Shown: piece after piece, positions 1 through 9,440 of the stretch
Position numbering within the stretch: the stretch's first letter is position 1
Layout of the letters: each line of letters opens with the position of its first letter
From: Pseudomonadota bacterium
GTDB taxonomy: Bacteria > Pseudomonadota > Gammaproteobacteria > Burkholderiales > Burkholderiaceae_C
Length of the DNA stretch: 64,000 bases
Assembly: GCA_963205335.1 (NCBI GenBank)
Contig: CAUJIM010000093.1
Location: 3,271-67,270, forward strand
Direction: 5' to 3'
Program-made: the position numbers and the translations under genes
The notes under the pieces: generated by a model
Told to the model about the DNA's origin: nothing
Database searches by the model: none
Seen by the model: only the letters and a program-made list of their open reading frames with translations

Positions 1-175
1 GCAGGAGATCGACCAGGAGGCGCGCGAGGCCTTCCTGAAGGCCGGCGGCGAGACCTTCCGCTACATCCCGTGCCTGAACGACAGCAACGCCTGGATCAGC
101 GCGCTCAGCCGCATCGCGCAGCAGCACCTGGGCGGCTGGCCCGTCAGTGAAAGCAACAAAAAAAACAGCGCCTAG
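1..175 (+). CDS. hemH: Ferrochelatase, C-terminal fragment (5' end outside window)
   Basis: Frame from nt 2 reads QEIDQEAREAFLKAGGETFRYIPCLNDSNAWISAL...GGWPVSESNKKNSA*; the F.YIPCLND motif is typical of HemH; stop TAG at 173-175. Confidence 0.88.
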   Translation, partial: QEIDQEAREAFLKAGGETFRYIPCLNDSNAWISALSRIAQQHLGGWPVSESNKKNSA

Positions 176-215
176 CGCTTGACCAGCAAGCGCGAGCAGC
201 TCTTGAAACCATAGA
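154..215. repeat. Dispersed ~62-bp element, copy E1 (overlaps hemH stop, ends 2 nt before hslR ATG)
   Basis: GCGCTTG-accag-CAAGCGC at 175-193, then gagca, GCT-N11-AGA at 199-215. Confidence 0.85.
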
Positions 216-217
216 AC

Positions 218-652
218 ATGGCGGCCGCACCCGACAGCATGCGCCTGGACAAATGGCTGTGGTGCGCGCGCTTTTGCAAGACGCGCAGCCTGGCGGTGCA
301 GGAGATCGACAGGGGCCGGGTGCAAGTGAACGGCGCCGCGGTGAAACCCGCGCGCGAGGTGCGCCCCGGCGACACCGTCGCGCTGCGCCAGGGCGCCGTG
401 GCGCGCACCGTGGTGATCCGCGCGCTGAGCAGCATGCGCGGCCCCGCGCCCGTGGCGCAGCTGCTCTACGAGGAAACCGCCGAGAGCGTGCTCGCGCGCA
501 CCCGCGCCGCCGAGGCGCGGCGCCTGGCGCCGGAGCCGGCCGACGCGCTGCGCCAGGGCCGCCCGACCAAGCGCGACCGGCGCACGCTCGACGAGGCGCG
601 CCAGCGCGGCTGGGGCGACCGCTGGAGCGCGTCGATGGACGACGGCGGATGA
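218..652 (+). CDS. hslR: S4-domain ribosome-associated heat shock protein Hsp15
   Basis: MRLDKWLW.ARF.KTRSLA S4 motif; RGPAP.AQ.LYEET and GRPTKRDRR. Confidence 0.92.
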   Translation: MAAAPDSMRLDKWLWCARFCKTRSLAVQEIDRGRVQVNGAAVKPAREVRPGDTVALRQGAVARTVVIRALSSMRGPAPVAQLLYEETAESVLARTRAAEARRLAPEPADALRQGRPTKRDRRTLDEARQRGWGDRWSASMDDGG

Positions 653-689
653 CGCGGCCCATCGTCCGGCCGCAGCAATCCCGCTCGCG

Positions 690-1064
690 TCACTCCTTCG
701 CCAACGCCTGCACCTCGATTTCCACGAGCGCTCCACCCGCCAGCCGCGCCTGCACAGTGCTGCGCGCCGGCAGATGGCCCTCGAAATGCTGCGCGTAGAC
801 CTGATTGAACGCCGGAAAATCATCCAGATCAGCCAGCCAGACGCTGGCGCGGACGACATCTGCCATGCCGCATCCATGCTCGTGCAGCGTGGTGGCGATG
901 CTCCGTAGAACCGCGTCGGCCTGAGCGGCGACGTCGTTGGCGGTATTCCCCGACTTCTGCGGTGCGACCTGCCCTGAAAGGAACAGAAAACCACCCGCGC
1001 GCACCACCTTGGAAAACGGCAGCGGCAGTTCGGACGCGAAGCGCTGTATGCGTGTATCCATCAT
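690..1064 (-). CDS. RidA/YjgF family imine/enamine deaminase
   Basis: FS.VVRAGGFLFLSGQV, FN.VY, PARSTV (conserved Arg), LVEIEV. Confidence 0.9.
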   Translation of the reverse strand: MMDTRIQRFASELPLPFSKVVRAGGFLFLSGQVAPQKSGNTANDVAAQADAVLRSIATTLHEHGCGMADVVRASVWLADLDDFPAFNQVYAQHFEGHLPARSTVQARLAGGALVEIEVQALAKE

Positions 1065-1087
1065 TCACCTCCATGCGTTCATCGACA

Positions 1088-2074
1088 TCAATCCATCATC
1101 TTGAAGCCGGTCGCCTGAACCACACGGGCCCAGACGTCCGTTTCCCGCCGGACGCGCTCGGCAAAGTCTGCCGAGGACGTGGGCGCAGCTTCCACCGTGA
1201 GCCGCGCGAAGCTGGCGACCGTCTCCGGGTCGCGCAAAGCCTGCTGCACCGCCACATTCAACGCCTCGACATTCGCCTTCGGCGTCTGGGCAGGCACGAA
1301 CATCCCATACCACTCTTGGAGCGAAACATCCTTGAAACCGGATTCGGAGAAGGTCGGTACATCCGGTGTTGCGGCAGCGCGGCGATTGCCAGAAGTGGCG
1401 AGAACACGGATCTTTTCGCTATGCAGGTAGGGAGCGACGTCCGCAAGCATGCCCACGTACGCGGGCACCTGCCCACCCACGAGGTCCTGGACCGCTGGCG
1501 CCGCGCCTTTGTATCCGACATGGAGCATCTGGATACCCGCCGCCTGGCCGAACATCAGCCCGACGAAATGCGGTGACGCACCGGTCGCCGGCGAGCCGAA
1601 CGTGGCGTTCCTGGCATCCCTTTTGCACCAGTCGATGTATTCGCCGATGGTCCTGACAGGAGTCGCATCGGTACTCACCGCCAGCACGAAGTCGAGCGTG
1701 CACAGGTTGGATACCGCAATGAAGTCGCGCAGCGGATCGTAGGTCAGCGCGCGGTAGATATGCGGGTACAACGTCATGATCGAACCGGGCGTCTGCAGGA
1801 TCGTCGCCCCATCCGGCAGTGCCCGTTTCACGCCCTCAACGCCGATCCTGCCGCCAGCACCGGCGCGGTTCTCCACGATGACGCTGCTGGCGTACCGGCC
1901 CTGGATCTTCCTGGCGACCAACCGGGCGACCGCGTCGTTGCTGCCCCCCGGCGGAAAGCCAAGCACGATGCGCGCGAGATCCGTGCGGGCGTTAGCGTCC
2001 ATGGCACCTGTGCCGGCCGCGCCCACGGCCAGCGCGGAGCCGAAAGCACCCAGGAAGTGTCGTCGCGTGTACAT
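1088..2074 (-). CDS. Bug/TctC family tripartite tricarboxylate transporter solute-binding protein
   Basis: Start MYTRRHFL (twin-Arg-like signal) with GGAG upstream; GFPPGGSND, VENRAGAGG, HVGYKGAAPA, PDVPTF.E motifs. Confidence 0.92.
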   Translation of the reverse strand: MYTRRHFLGAFGSALAVGAAGTGAMDANARTDLARIVLGFPPGGSNDAVARLVARKIQGRYASSVIVENRAGAGGRIGVEGVKRALPDGATILQTPGSIMTLYPHIYRALTYDPLRDFIAVSNLCTLDFVLAVSTDATPVRTIGEYIDWCKRDARNATFGSPATGASPHFVGLMFGQAAGIQMLHVGYKGAAPAVQDLVGGQVPAYVGMLADVAPYLHSEKIRVLATSGNRRAAATPDVPTFSESGFKDVSLQEWYGMFVPAQTPKANVEALNVAVQQALRDPETVASFARLTVEAAPTSSADFAERVRRETDVWARVVQATGFKMMD

Positions 2075-2108
2075 GGTGTCTCCTTCGTCGTGTGGATATG
2101 AAGTCAGG

Positions 2109-3764
2109 TCAGAAATAAGCCGCTGGATCAACGCGAGCGTCCAGCAGGACGGGCCGCGGCTGCCGCAGGGCATCGTGCAGCGCAGTGGAAAAATCGGCAG
2201 CCGTACGCACGGAGACCGCGGACACACCGAATCCTTCGGCGATCCGGCACAGGTCCACCTCCGGCCGAGCAATGAACGAGCCTGGAAATTGCCCGGAACC
2301 CGCAGCTTCGCCGGCATACTGGCCCAACCCGCGGCGCACCGCCATGTAACCGCCGTTGTTGACCACGACGGCGACCACCGGGACCTGCAGGTGCGCCGCC
2401 GTCCAGAGACTCTGGATGTTGAAGAGCGCGCCGCCGTCGCCCACCACGGCCACCGTCCTGCGGCCGGGAAGTCCAAGCTGCACGCCGATCGCGGCCGGAA
2501 TACCCCAGCCCAGCCCGCCACCGGAGGTGCCGAAGTAGCGCCGTCCGCCGCCCAGCCTGACGTACTGCTGCACCATCGACTTGGAGAGAACCGACTCGTC
2601 CACGATCGTCGCATCGCCGGGCAACTGCATATCCAACGCCCGCATCAGTTCCGAGGGCCGCATGCCATCCGCCGGATGCACGGGCGGGCGGTCCTGGGCC
2701 AGGGCAGGGCCATGTTTGCGCTCGGCGCGCGCACGCCGCTCCTGCACCTGGGCCTGCGTCAAGCGACCGTCGCCAAGCAGCCCTAGCAGGTCCTGGATGG
2801 CGGCACCCACCTCGCCGAGAACCGCCCAATCAGCGGGATGAAGCCTGCCGAGTTCGGTCGGCTGGGACCCGATCTGCATGACAGGCGCGCCGGCCGGTAG
2901 GTACGGCTCCGCAGGGTATGTGTACTCCATGAAGGTTCGCGAGCCAAGGAAGACCACCAGATCGGCGTCCCGAACCACCGGCTGGCTGGGCGAAAAACTC
3001 CCGTGGTAGAGCGCGTGATCCGACGGGAAATTGCTGCCCGTCATCGTGAACACCTCTTCTCCCACAACCGGCACCACCAACCGGCTCGCCAGTTCCGCCA
3101 GAAGTGGCGCCGCTCCCGCGGCGCCCACCTCGTTGCCTGCCACCAGCAGCGGCCGCTGCGCGGTCGTCAACGCCTGGAGCACCGGCTGCAGTTCAGCCGA
3201 GTGCGCGCGAACAGCAATGCGGCTTGCCCGGCGCGCGTATTCTCTGACGCAGTCCTGCGACACCGGAGCGCCCAGGTGGTTTTCGTGAACCCCCAGGAAC
3301 ACTGCACCCGGCGTGGGCGCCTGGGCAATGCCCAGCGCCCGAAGGGTGAGTTCCGGCAACTTGTCCGGCCGGCCGACCTGCCAGGCCTCCTTCGTCACCT
3401 GGCGAAGCAGTCCTGGCAAATCGGGAACCTCACAAAACGCTCCACGGCGTGCCAGACGATCGTCCTTGTCACCGGCAATCACCAGCAGGGGTCGTGAATC
3501 ACTGCGCGCATTAATCAGGTTGGTCAGCGTGTTGGCCGCGCCCACGGATGTGTGAACCATGACGACCCCCACGGAATTGGTCGCCCGGCCATAGCCGTCA
3601 GCCATCGCCACCGCGGCTCCCTCGTGGAGACACAGATGGAACTCGATGCCACCCGAAACCGTGGCGTCCAGTAACGCCAATTCCGTCGTACCCGGGTTGC
3701 CGAAAATCCGGTCGATCCCGTTGGCCTTGAGCACCGCAAGCATGGCGCTGGCAGCTGTTGTCAT
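2109..3764 (-). CDS. ThDP-dependent enzyme, benzoylformate decarboxylase-like
   Basis: FGNPGTTEL, HEGAAVAMADG, GGGLGWG, GDG...NN ThDP/Mg motif; 551 aa. Confidence 0.88.
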   Translation of the reverse strand: MTTAASAMLAVLKANGIDRIFGNPGTTELALLDATVSGGIEFHLCLHEGAAVAMADGYGRATNSVGVVMVHTSVGAANTLTNLINARSDSRPLLVIAGDKDDRLARRGAFCEVPDLPGLLRQVTKEAWQVGRPDKLPELTLRALGIAQAPTPGAVFLGVHENHLGAPVSQDCVREYARRASRIAVRAHSAELQPVLQALTTAQRPLLVAGNEVGAAGAAPLLAELASRLVVPVVGEEVFTMTGSNFPSDHALYHGSFSPSQPVVRDADLVVFLGSRTFMEYTYPAEPYLPAGAPVMQIGSQPTELGRLHPADWAVLGEVGAAIQDLLGLLGDGRLTQAQVQERRARAERKHGPALAQDRPPVHPADGMRPSELMRALDMQLPGDATIVDESVLSKSMVQQYVRLGGGRRYFGTSGGGLGWGIPAAIGVQLGLPGRRTVAVVGDGGALFNIQSLWTAAHLQVPVVAVVVNNGGYMAVRRGLGQYAGEAAGSGQFPGSFIARPEVDLCRIAEGFGVSAVSVRTAADFSTALHDALRQPRPVLLDARVDPAAYF

Positions 3765-3786
3765 ATGGATTCCTTCCTAAGCCAAA

Positions 3787-3827
3787 ATGCTAGGCTCAGG
3801 CGCAGAGAGTGCTATCCGCACAGCGCA
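3787..3827 (-). promoter_or_regulatory. Putative AraC/XylS-activated promoter of the ThDP-enzyme operon
   Basis: Minus strand TGCG-N6-GGATA (3827-3813) resembles the XylS/BenR TGCA-N6-GGNTA site; TAGCAT -10 candidate at 3792-3787. Confidence 0.4.
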
Positions 3828-3850
3828 GACCAAAGCCACATTGCGACGAC

Positions 3851-4831
3851 ATGAGCGTTGAACAGCTTCCACTGGCCGGCTTCGAGCGATTTCGCACGTC
3901 CGATCTCGACGAAGCGCGCACGCTCATCGAGCCGCTGCTATCGGCGCACACCATCGAGGCCGCGCGCGGGCGCTTCGACGTCCGCTACCGGGCCGTCGAT
4001 CTGGTGGAGAGTTCCGTGCTCTACGCGGAGTACGGCGACGAGGTTCGGCTCGACCCCGGCGGCTGCCTCGGGCATTTCTACCTAGTCGGGATGCCCCTGG
4101 CCGGCTCCTGTGCGGTGACCTACGGCGCCCGCTCGCTGGTGACGCACAGCACACTCGCATCGGTGCAGTCGTCGACGCGGCCGGTAGCGACGGTGTGGCA
4201 CGCGCACTGCCGCAAGCTCTCGATCAAGATCGGGCGGCCCGCCATGGAGCGCCGGCTGGCGCAACTGCTTGGGCATCCGCCGGCGCGGCCGCTGGAGTTC
4301 GAGCTCGCCCTCGACCTGCAAAACGGCCCTGGAACCAGTTGGAGACGGCTCGTGCAGTTCCTGCTCGCGGAACTGTCGCCGACATCCGCCTACCTGGGTT
4401 CGGCCGCCGCGCGCCGCTGCCTCGAAGACACGATCATCCAGACCCTGCTGTTCGTGCAGCCGCACAACTATTCCGCCGCGCTGCGCGCCGAGGCGCCGCC
4501 GATGGCACCGCGGCACGTGCGTCGGGTCGAGGAGTTGATCGCACAGAACCCTGCCCTGCCGCACCGCCTCGCCGATCTGGCGGAGCAGGTCGGTGTCAGC
4601 ATCCGGGCGCTGCAGGCAGGGTTTCAACGCTTTCGCGGGATGACGCCGACGCAATTCACCCTACAGAAGCGCTTGGAGAAGGCGCACGCGGACCTGCTGC
4701 GGGCGGACCAGCCGGCCCGCGTCACCGAAATCGCCCTGGCCGCGGGTTTCGGCCACCTGGGCCGTTTCGCGCAGGCCTACCGGGAACGCTACGGAGAGCA
4801 CCCATCCGAAACATTGGCGCGCAGACCGTAG
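3851..4831 (+). CDS. AraC-family transcriptional regulator (BenR/AntR-like N-terminal domain)
   Basis: FRTSDLDEAR N-terminus, QPHNYS, C-terminal double HTH (VSIRALQAGF; GFGHLGRFAQAYRERYGEHPSETL). Confidence 0.92.
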   Translation: MSVEQLPLAGFERFRTSDLDEARTLIEPLLSAHTIEAARGRFDVRYRAVDLVESSVLYAEYGDEVRLDPGGCLGHFYLVGMPLAGSCAVTYGARSLVTHSTLASVQSSTRPVATVWHAHCRKLSIKIGRPAMERRLAQLLGHPPARPLEFELALDLQNGPGTSWRRLVQFLLAELSPTSAYLGSAAARRCLEDTIIQTLLFVQPHNYSAALRAEAPPMAPRHVRRVEELIAQNPALPHRLADLAEQVGVSIRALQAGFQRFRGMTPTQFTLQKRLEKAHADLLRADQPARVTEIALAAGFGHLGRFAQAYRERYGEHPSETLARRP

Positions 4832-4832
4832 C

Positions 4833-5687
4833 TCAGCGGCTGAAGAAGCGCTCCACCCAGCCGTACTGCTCGGGCACATTGAGCGCCGGCGCGTGGCCGC
4901 AGCCGGGCACCTCGATGACCTCCAGCAGCCCGCGCGCGCCGGGGCCGCGGGTGCGCATCGCGGCGATGGTCGCGGGCAGCACCAGGTCGGACTCGGCGCC
5001 GTGCAGGCAGAGTACGGGGATGGCGAGGCGCTCGTACGCCTGCCACTGGTCGTAGTCGCGCGGGTGCACGGTGAACTGGCGCACCATCGCCGGGTCGTAG
5101 TGCGGCGTCACGCGGCCGTCGGGCAGGCGGCGGGTGCTGGTTTCCGCCAGCCGCCGCCACTGCGCGTCGCTCAGCCAGCCGTAGGGCGCGTAGACCTGCC
5201 GGAAGAACGCCTCCAGCCCGGTCACGGTGTCGAACGCCGGGGGCTGGCCGGCGTAGGCCTTGATGCGCTCGACCGCGGCGGCGGCCAGCTCGGGCGCGAT
5301 GTCGTTGAGCGCCAGGTGCGTGATGCGCCCGGCCAGGGCGCCCGCCGCGGCCGCCATGCCGATGGCGCCGCCCATGGAGGTGCCTATCCAGCGCACCTGC
5401 CGCGCGCCCAGGTGGTCGAGCAGCTCCCCGGCCAGGCGGGCGTAGAAGGCGAGGCAGTATTCCTCGTCGGGCGACCGGCTCCACTGGCTCAGGCCCCGGC
5501 CCAGCGTGTCGGGGCAGACCACGCGAAAGCCCCGGCCCGCGAGATGCCCGGCCAGGTCGTCCATGTCGCGCCCGGTGCGCGCCAGGCCGTGCCAGGCGAC
5601 GACCACGGGCGCGTCGGGCGCGCCCCAGTCCATGTAGTGGATCTCGTAGCCAGCGAGCCTGGCATAACGCGAGGCGGGTGCAGTCAT
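4833..5687 (-). CDS. Alpha/beta-fold hydrolase
   Basis: HGLARTGRD, GTSMGG nucleophile elbow, GHAPAL; start MTAPASRY. Confidence 0.9.
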   Translation of the reverse strand: MTAPASRYARLAGYEIHYMDWGAPDAPVVVAWHGLARTGRDMDDLAGHLAGRGFRVVCPDTLGRGLSQWSRSPDEEYCLAFYARLAGELLDHLGARQVRWIGTSMGGAIGMAAAAGALAGRITHLALNDIAPELAAAAVERIKAYAGQPPAFDTVTGLEAFFRQVYAPYGWLSDAQWRRLAETSTRRLPDGRVTPHYDPAMVRQFTVHPRDYDQWQAYERLAIPVLCLHGAESDLVLPATIAAMRTRGPGARGLLEVIEVPGCGHAPALNVPEQYGWVERFFSR

Positions 5688-5713
5688 CTCGTCGCCCTTG
5701 CAAAAGTGGGAGT

Positions 5714-6781
5714 TCAGCGTGCGCCGCGCGCCGCGCGCAGCCTGCCCACCACGCCGGTGGGAAAGTAGTAGACCGAGAGCACGAACAGCAGGCCGAGCCA
5801 GAGCAGCCAGCGGTCGGGCGAGAGCAGCGCGGCGAGCCACGGCAGGCCGGCCACGGCCTCGCTCGCCAGGCGCAGCAGGTCCTGCAGGTAGCTCTGCGCC
5901 GCCATGAACAGCACCGCGCCGATGGCCGCGCCGTAGACCGTGCCCATGCCGCCGATCACGACGATGAGCAGCACGTCCATCATGATCTCGAAGCTCAGCG
6001 ACGTCTCCGGCCCGTTGTAGCGCAGCCAGAGCGCGAGCATGCAGCCCGCGAGCGTGGCGAACAGCGCCGAGATCACGCTGGAGAGCGTGCGGTAGACCAC
6101 CACGCGGTAGCCGATGGCCTCGGCGCGGAACTCGTTCTCGCGGATCGCCTGCAGCACGCGGCCGAACGGCGAATTGACCACGCGCAGCATCGCCAGGATC
6201 AGCACCACCGCGCAGACGAAGAGCAGGTAGTAGCAGACCAGCTTGCCGTCGATGGCAACGCCGAGGAAGGGCTCGTCGAAGGGCTCGAAACTGGGCGAGA
6301 GCAGTTCGGGGATCCTGAACGACAGGCCGTCCTCCCCGCCGGTGAAATCCGACAGCTGCGAGGCCAGCGTCTGGAACGCCGCCGCCACGGCGAGCGTGAT
6401 CATCGCGAAGAAGATCGCCCGCACGCGCAGCGAGAACAGCCCGATCACCAGCGACAGCACGAAGGACACGGCGAGCGCGCCGAGCGCGCCCGCGGCCAGC
6501 GCGCCCCAGGTGGGCCCCAGGCGCGTGGTGGCGATGGCGATGCCGTAGGCGCCGATGCCGAAGAACATGGTGTGCGCGAAGCTGACGATGCCGGTGTAGC
6601 CCAGCAGCAGGTCGAAGCTGGCCACCAGCACGGCGAACACCAGCACCTTGGCCGCGACGTTGAGCGCCTTCACGCCCGGGAACAGGAAGGGCGCGAACAG
6701 CAGCCCGAGGAACACGACGGCGAGGATCACCGCGAGCGCGCGGCTGCGCGGCAGGTCGCCCGAGAGGATGCGCTGCAACAT
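5714..6781 (-). CDS. LIV-type ABC transporter permease (LivM-like)
   Basis: LLGYTGIVSFAH, TGGEDGL, SPFGRVLQAIRENE, IGGMGT. Confidence 0.92.
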   Translation of the reverse strand: MLQRILSGDLPRSRALAVILAVVFLGLLFAPFLFPGVKALNVAAKVLVFAVLVASFDLLLGYTGIVSFAHTMFFGIGAYGIAIATTRLGPTWGALAAGALGALAVSFVLSLVIGLFSLRVRAIFFAMITLAVAAAFQTLASQLSDFTGGEDGLSFRIPELLSPSFEPFDEPFLGVAIDGKLVCYYLLFVCAVVLILAMLRVVNSPFGRVLQAIRENEFRAEAIGYRVVVYRTLSSVISALFATLAGCMLALWLRYNGPETSLSFEIMMDVLLIVVIGGMGTVYGAAIGAVLFMAAQSYLQDLLRLASEAVAGLPWLAALLSPDRWLLWLGLLFVLSVYYFPTGVVGRLRAARGAR

Positions 6782-6796
6782 GGCCCTGCCCTCCTT

Positions 6797-7780
6797 TCAG
6801 CGGCTCGTCACCGGGTACACGCCGCGCGGGCGCCACAGCAGGATGGCGACCATCAGCGCGATGTTGGAAAAGAGGGCCACCTTGGGCAGCAGGAAGCCGG
6901 TGTAGTTGGCCATCAGGCCCACCAGCAGCGCGCCGATCAGCGCGCCGCCCGTGCTGCCCAGCCCGCCGATGATGAGCACGATGAAGATCAGGATGGTGAC
7001 CTGCCCGCCCATCTGCGGCACCACGCTCTGCTGGTACAGCCCCCACATCACCCCGCCCAGGCCGGCGAGCGCCGAGCCCGCGACGAAGACGCCGACGAAC
7101 AGGCGCCGGATGCGGTAGCCCAGCGCCTCGACCATCTCGCGGTCCTGCACCCCGGCGCGGATCAGCAGCCCCACCTTGGTGCGCGCCAGCACCCACACCA
7201 GCGCGGCGAAGACGGCGAGGCCGACGACGACGGCGACCAGCCGGTACTTCTCGATCGCCGCGTCGCCCACCAGCAGCGAGCCGCGCATGCCCATGGGCAG
7301 CGGCAGCGGGATCTGCTGCGGCCCCCAGACCACCTTGATCAGCTCCTCGCCGATGATCATCCCGCCCATGGTGATGAGGATCTGCTTGAGGTGGTTGCCG
7401 TAGACCGGGCGCACCAGCCAGCGCTCGAAGGCGATGCCCACCGCGCCCGCGACCAGCATGGCCACCAGCATCGCGGGCAGCACCGCAGCCAGGTTGCGCC
7501 AGAGCTCGCCCGAGCCGGTCCAGTCGCCCATCAGGCCGAGCACGCTGGTGGCGACGAAGGCGCCGAGCGCGATGAACACGCCGTGGCCGAAGTTGAGCAC
7601 GTCCATCAGGCCGAAGATCAGCGTCAGGCCCGAGGCTATGATGAAGACGATCATGCCCATCGCCAGGCCAGCCACCGTGAGCGTGAGCCAGGTCGAGGGC
7701 GAGCCGATGAAGGGCAGCACCACGAGCGCGAGCAGCGGCACGAGCGCGAGCGGCTTCCAGTCGAGGGCGCCCAGCTTCAT
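6797..7780 (-). CDS. LIV-type ABC transporter permease (LivH-like)
   Basis: ASGLTLIFGLMDVLNFGHG, IGGLGS; start MKLGALDW with GGAG at 7791-7788. Confidence 0.92.
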   Translation of the reverse strand: MKLGALDWKPLALVPLLALVVLPFIGSPSTWLTLTVAGLAMGMIVFIIASGLTLIFGLMDVLNFGHGVFIALGAFVATSVLGLMGDWTGSGELWRNLAAVLPAMLVAMLVAGAVGIAFERWLVRPVYGNHLKQILITMGGMIIGEELIKVVWGPQQIPLPLPMGMRGSLLVGDAAIEKYRLVAVVVGLAVFAALVWVLARTKVGLLIRAGVQDREMVEALGYRIRRLFVGVFVAGSALAGLGGVMWGLYQQSVVPQMGGQVTILIFIVLIIGGLGSTGGALIGALLVGLMANYTGFLLPKVALFSNIALMVAILLWRPRGVYPVTSR

Positions 7781-7786
7781 CGCATC

Positions 7787-7850
7787 ACTCCACAAACAAT
7801 AGCTGCCCGCGCTTTCTGGACAAGCGCCAGAGCCATATTTTCCTTGCAAA
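7787..7850. repeat. Dispersed element copy E2 (fills the livF-livH junction)
   Basis: ACT-N11-AGC at 7787-7803, tgccc, GCGCTTT-ctgga-CAAGCGC at 7809-7827, gccatatttt tail. Confidence 0.85.
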
Positions 7851-8576
7851 TCACAGCGCCAGCCCCAGCAGCGATTGCTGCAGCGCTTCGTCCTGCGCCA
7901 GCTGCGCCATGCTGCCCGCGTGCACCACGCGGCCGTTGTCCATCACCGCCACGCTGTCGCCCAGCCTGCGCGCGAAGTGCAGGTTCTGCTCCACCAGCAG
8001 GATGGTCACGCCGCTCTTCTTGAGCTGGCCGAAGGCGGCGATCATGTTGTCGACGATGGCCGGCGCCAGGCCCTTGCTCGGCTCGTCCACGATCAGCAGG
8101 TCGCGCGGCTCGACGATGGCGCGCGCCACCGCCACCATCTGCTTCTGTCCGCCCGAGAGCTTGCCCGCCGGGTGGTTCCAGAATTTCTCCACCGCCGGGA
8201 ACATGCCGAAGATCCAGGCCAGCCGCCCGCCGTCCATCTGCGCCGCGCTGCTCGCGCCGCGCGCGGCCAGCAGCAGGTTCTCCTGCACCGTCAGGTCGGC
8301 GAAGATGCCCATGTTCTCGGGCACATAGGCGATGTTCAGCCGCGCGATCTCGGGCGTGGCCAGGCGCGTGATGTCGCGCCCGCCGAAGCGGATGCTGCCC
8401 CGCGAGGCCTGCCACAGGCCCATGATGGTGCGCAGCGTCGTGGTCTTGCCCGCGCCGTTGCGCCCGAGCAGCAGCGTCACCGCGCCGCGCGGCACCGCCA
8501 GGTCGACGCCGTGCAGGATGTGGTAGGCGCCGATGTGCGTGTGCACGCCAGCGAGCTCCAGCAGGTTGTCGCTCAC
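7851..8576 (-). CDS. ABC ATP-binding protein (LivF-like)
   Basis: GRNGAGKT, LSGGQKQM, DEPSKGL. Confidence 0.93.
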   Translation of the reverse strand: MSDNLLELAGVHTHIGAYHILHGVDLAVPRGAVTLLLGRNGAGKTTTLRTIMGLWQASRGSIRFGGRDITRLATPEIARLNIAYVPENMGIFADLTVQENLLLAARGASSAAQMDGGRLAWIFGMFPAVEKFWNHPAGKLSGGQKQMVAVARAIVEPRDLLIVDEPSKGLAPAIVDNMIAAFGQLKKSGVTILLVEQNLHFARRLGDSVAVMDNGRVVHAGSMAQLAQDEALQQSLLGLAL

Positions 8577-9346
8577 GCGGCGGCCTCCTCGTCCTGCCCC
8601 ACGCCCAGGTAGGCCTGCTGCACCACCGGCGAGGCGATCACCTCGGCCGGCTCGCCGTCGGCCACCAGCTGGCCGTTGGTCAGCACGATGATGCGGTCGG
8701 CGAGCTCGCGCACCACGTCCATCTTGTGCTCGACCAGCAGGATGGTCTTGCTCTTGTCCTTTTTCAGCTCGCGGATCAGGTTCAGGATCACCGGCGCCTC
8801 GTCGTGGCTCATGCCGGCGGTGGGTTCGTCGAACATGTAGACCGAAGGCTCCAGCGCCATCAGGAGCGCCACCTCGAGCTTGCGCTGGTCGCCGTGCGGC
8901 AGGCTGGCCGCCGGGGCGTCGCGCCGCTCCCAGAGCGCCACCGAGTGCAGGATCTCCCCCGCCCGCTCGGTGAGCGCGCGGTGGTCGCTCCAGACGCTCC
9001 AGAGGTTCAGCCCCCGGCGATGCGGCCCCTCGCGCATCGCCTGCACCGCCAGGCGCACGTTCTCCAGCACCGGCAGGCTGGGAAACAGGTTGGTGAGCTG
9101 GAACGCCCGGCCCAGGCCCGCGCGCGCGCGCTGCGACGGCGCCAGACCGCCCAGGTCGCGCCCGTTCAGGCGCACGCTGCCGCTCGTCGCCTTGAGCTGG
9201 CCCGAGATCAGGTTGAAATAGGTCGTCTTGCCCGCGCCGTTCGGCCCCACGATGGCCGCCAGCTGCCCCGGCGCGAACGCGCAGCTCACGGCGCTGACGG
9301 CCACATGGCCGCCGAAGCGGATCGTCAAGCCCTGGGTTTCAAGCAT
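8573..9346 (-). CDS. ABC ATP-binding protein (LivG-like)
   Basis: GPNGAGKT, LPHGDQRKLE, DEPTAG, VQQAYLG. Confidence 0.93.
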   Translation of the reverse strand: MLETQGLTIRFGGHVAVSAVSCAFAPGQLAAIVGPNGAGKTTYFNLISGQLKATSGSVRLNGRDLGGLAPSQRARAGLGRAFQLTNLFPSLPVLENVRLAVQAMREGPHRRGLNLWSVWSDHRALTERAGEILHSVALWERRDAPAASLPHGDQRKLEVALLMALEPSVYMFDEPTAGMSHDEAPVILNLIRELKKDKSKTILLVEHKMDVVRELADRIIVLTNGQLVADGEPAEVIASPVVQQAYLGVGQDEEAAA

Positions 9347-9350
9347 CTCG

Positions 9351-9413
9351 ATTCAAGCAAAAACAGCCTGCAGCGCTTGATGAACAAGCGCCGGCAGCTA
9401 TCGAAAGTGAAGA
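9351..9413. repeat. Dispersed element copy E3 (between solute-binding protein and livG)
   Basis: GCGCTTG-atgaa-CAAGCGC at 9373-9391, GCT-N11-AGA at 9397-9413. Confidence 0.85.
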
Positions 9414-9433
9414 GCGGCGGACTTTGCCGCCGC
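9414..9433 (-). terminator. Hairpin 3' of the solute-binding protein gene (stabilising stem or weak terminator)
   Basis: Minus strand GCGGCGG-caaagt-CCGCCGC followed by TCTTCACTTT. Confidence 0.45.
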
Positions 9434-9440
9434 CCGCCCG

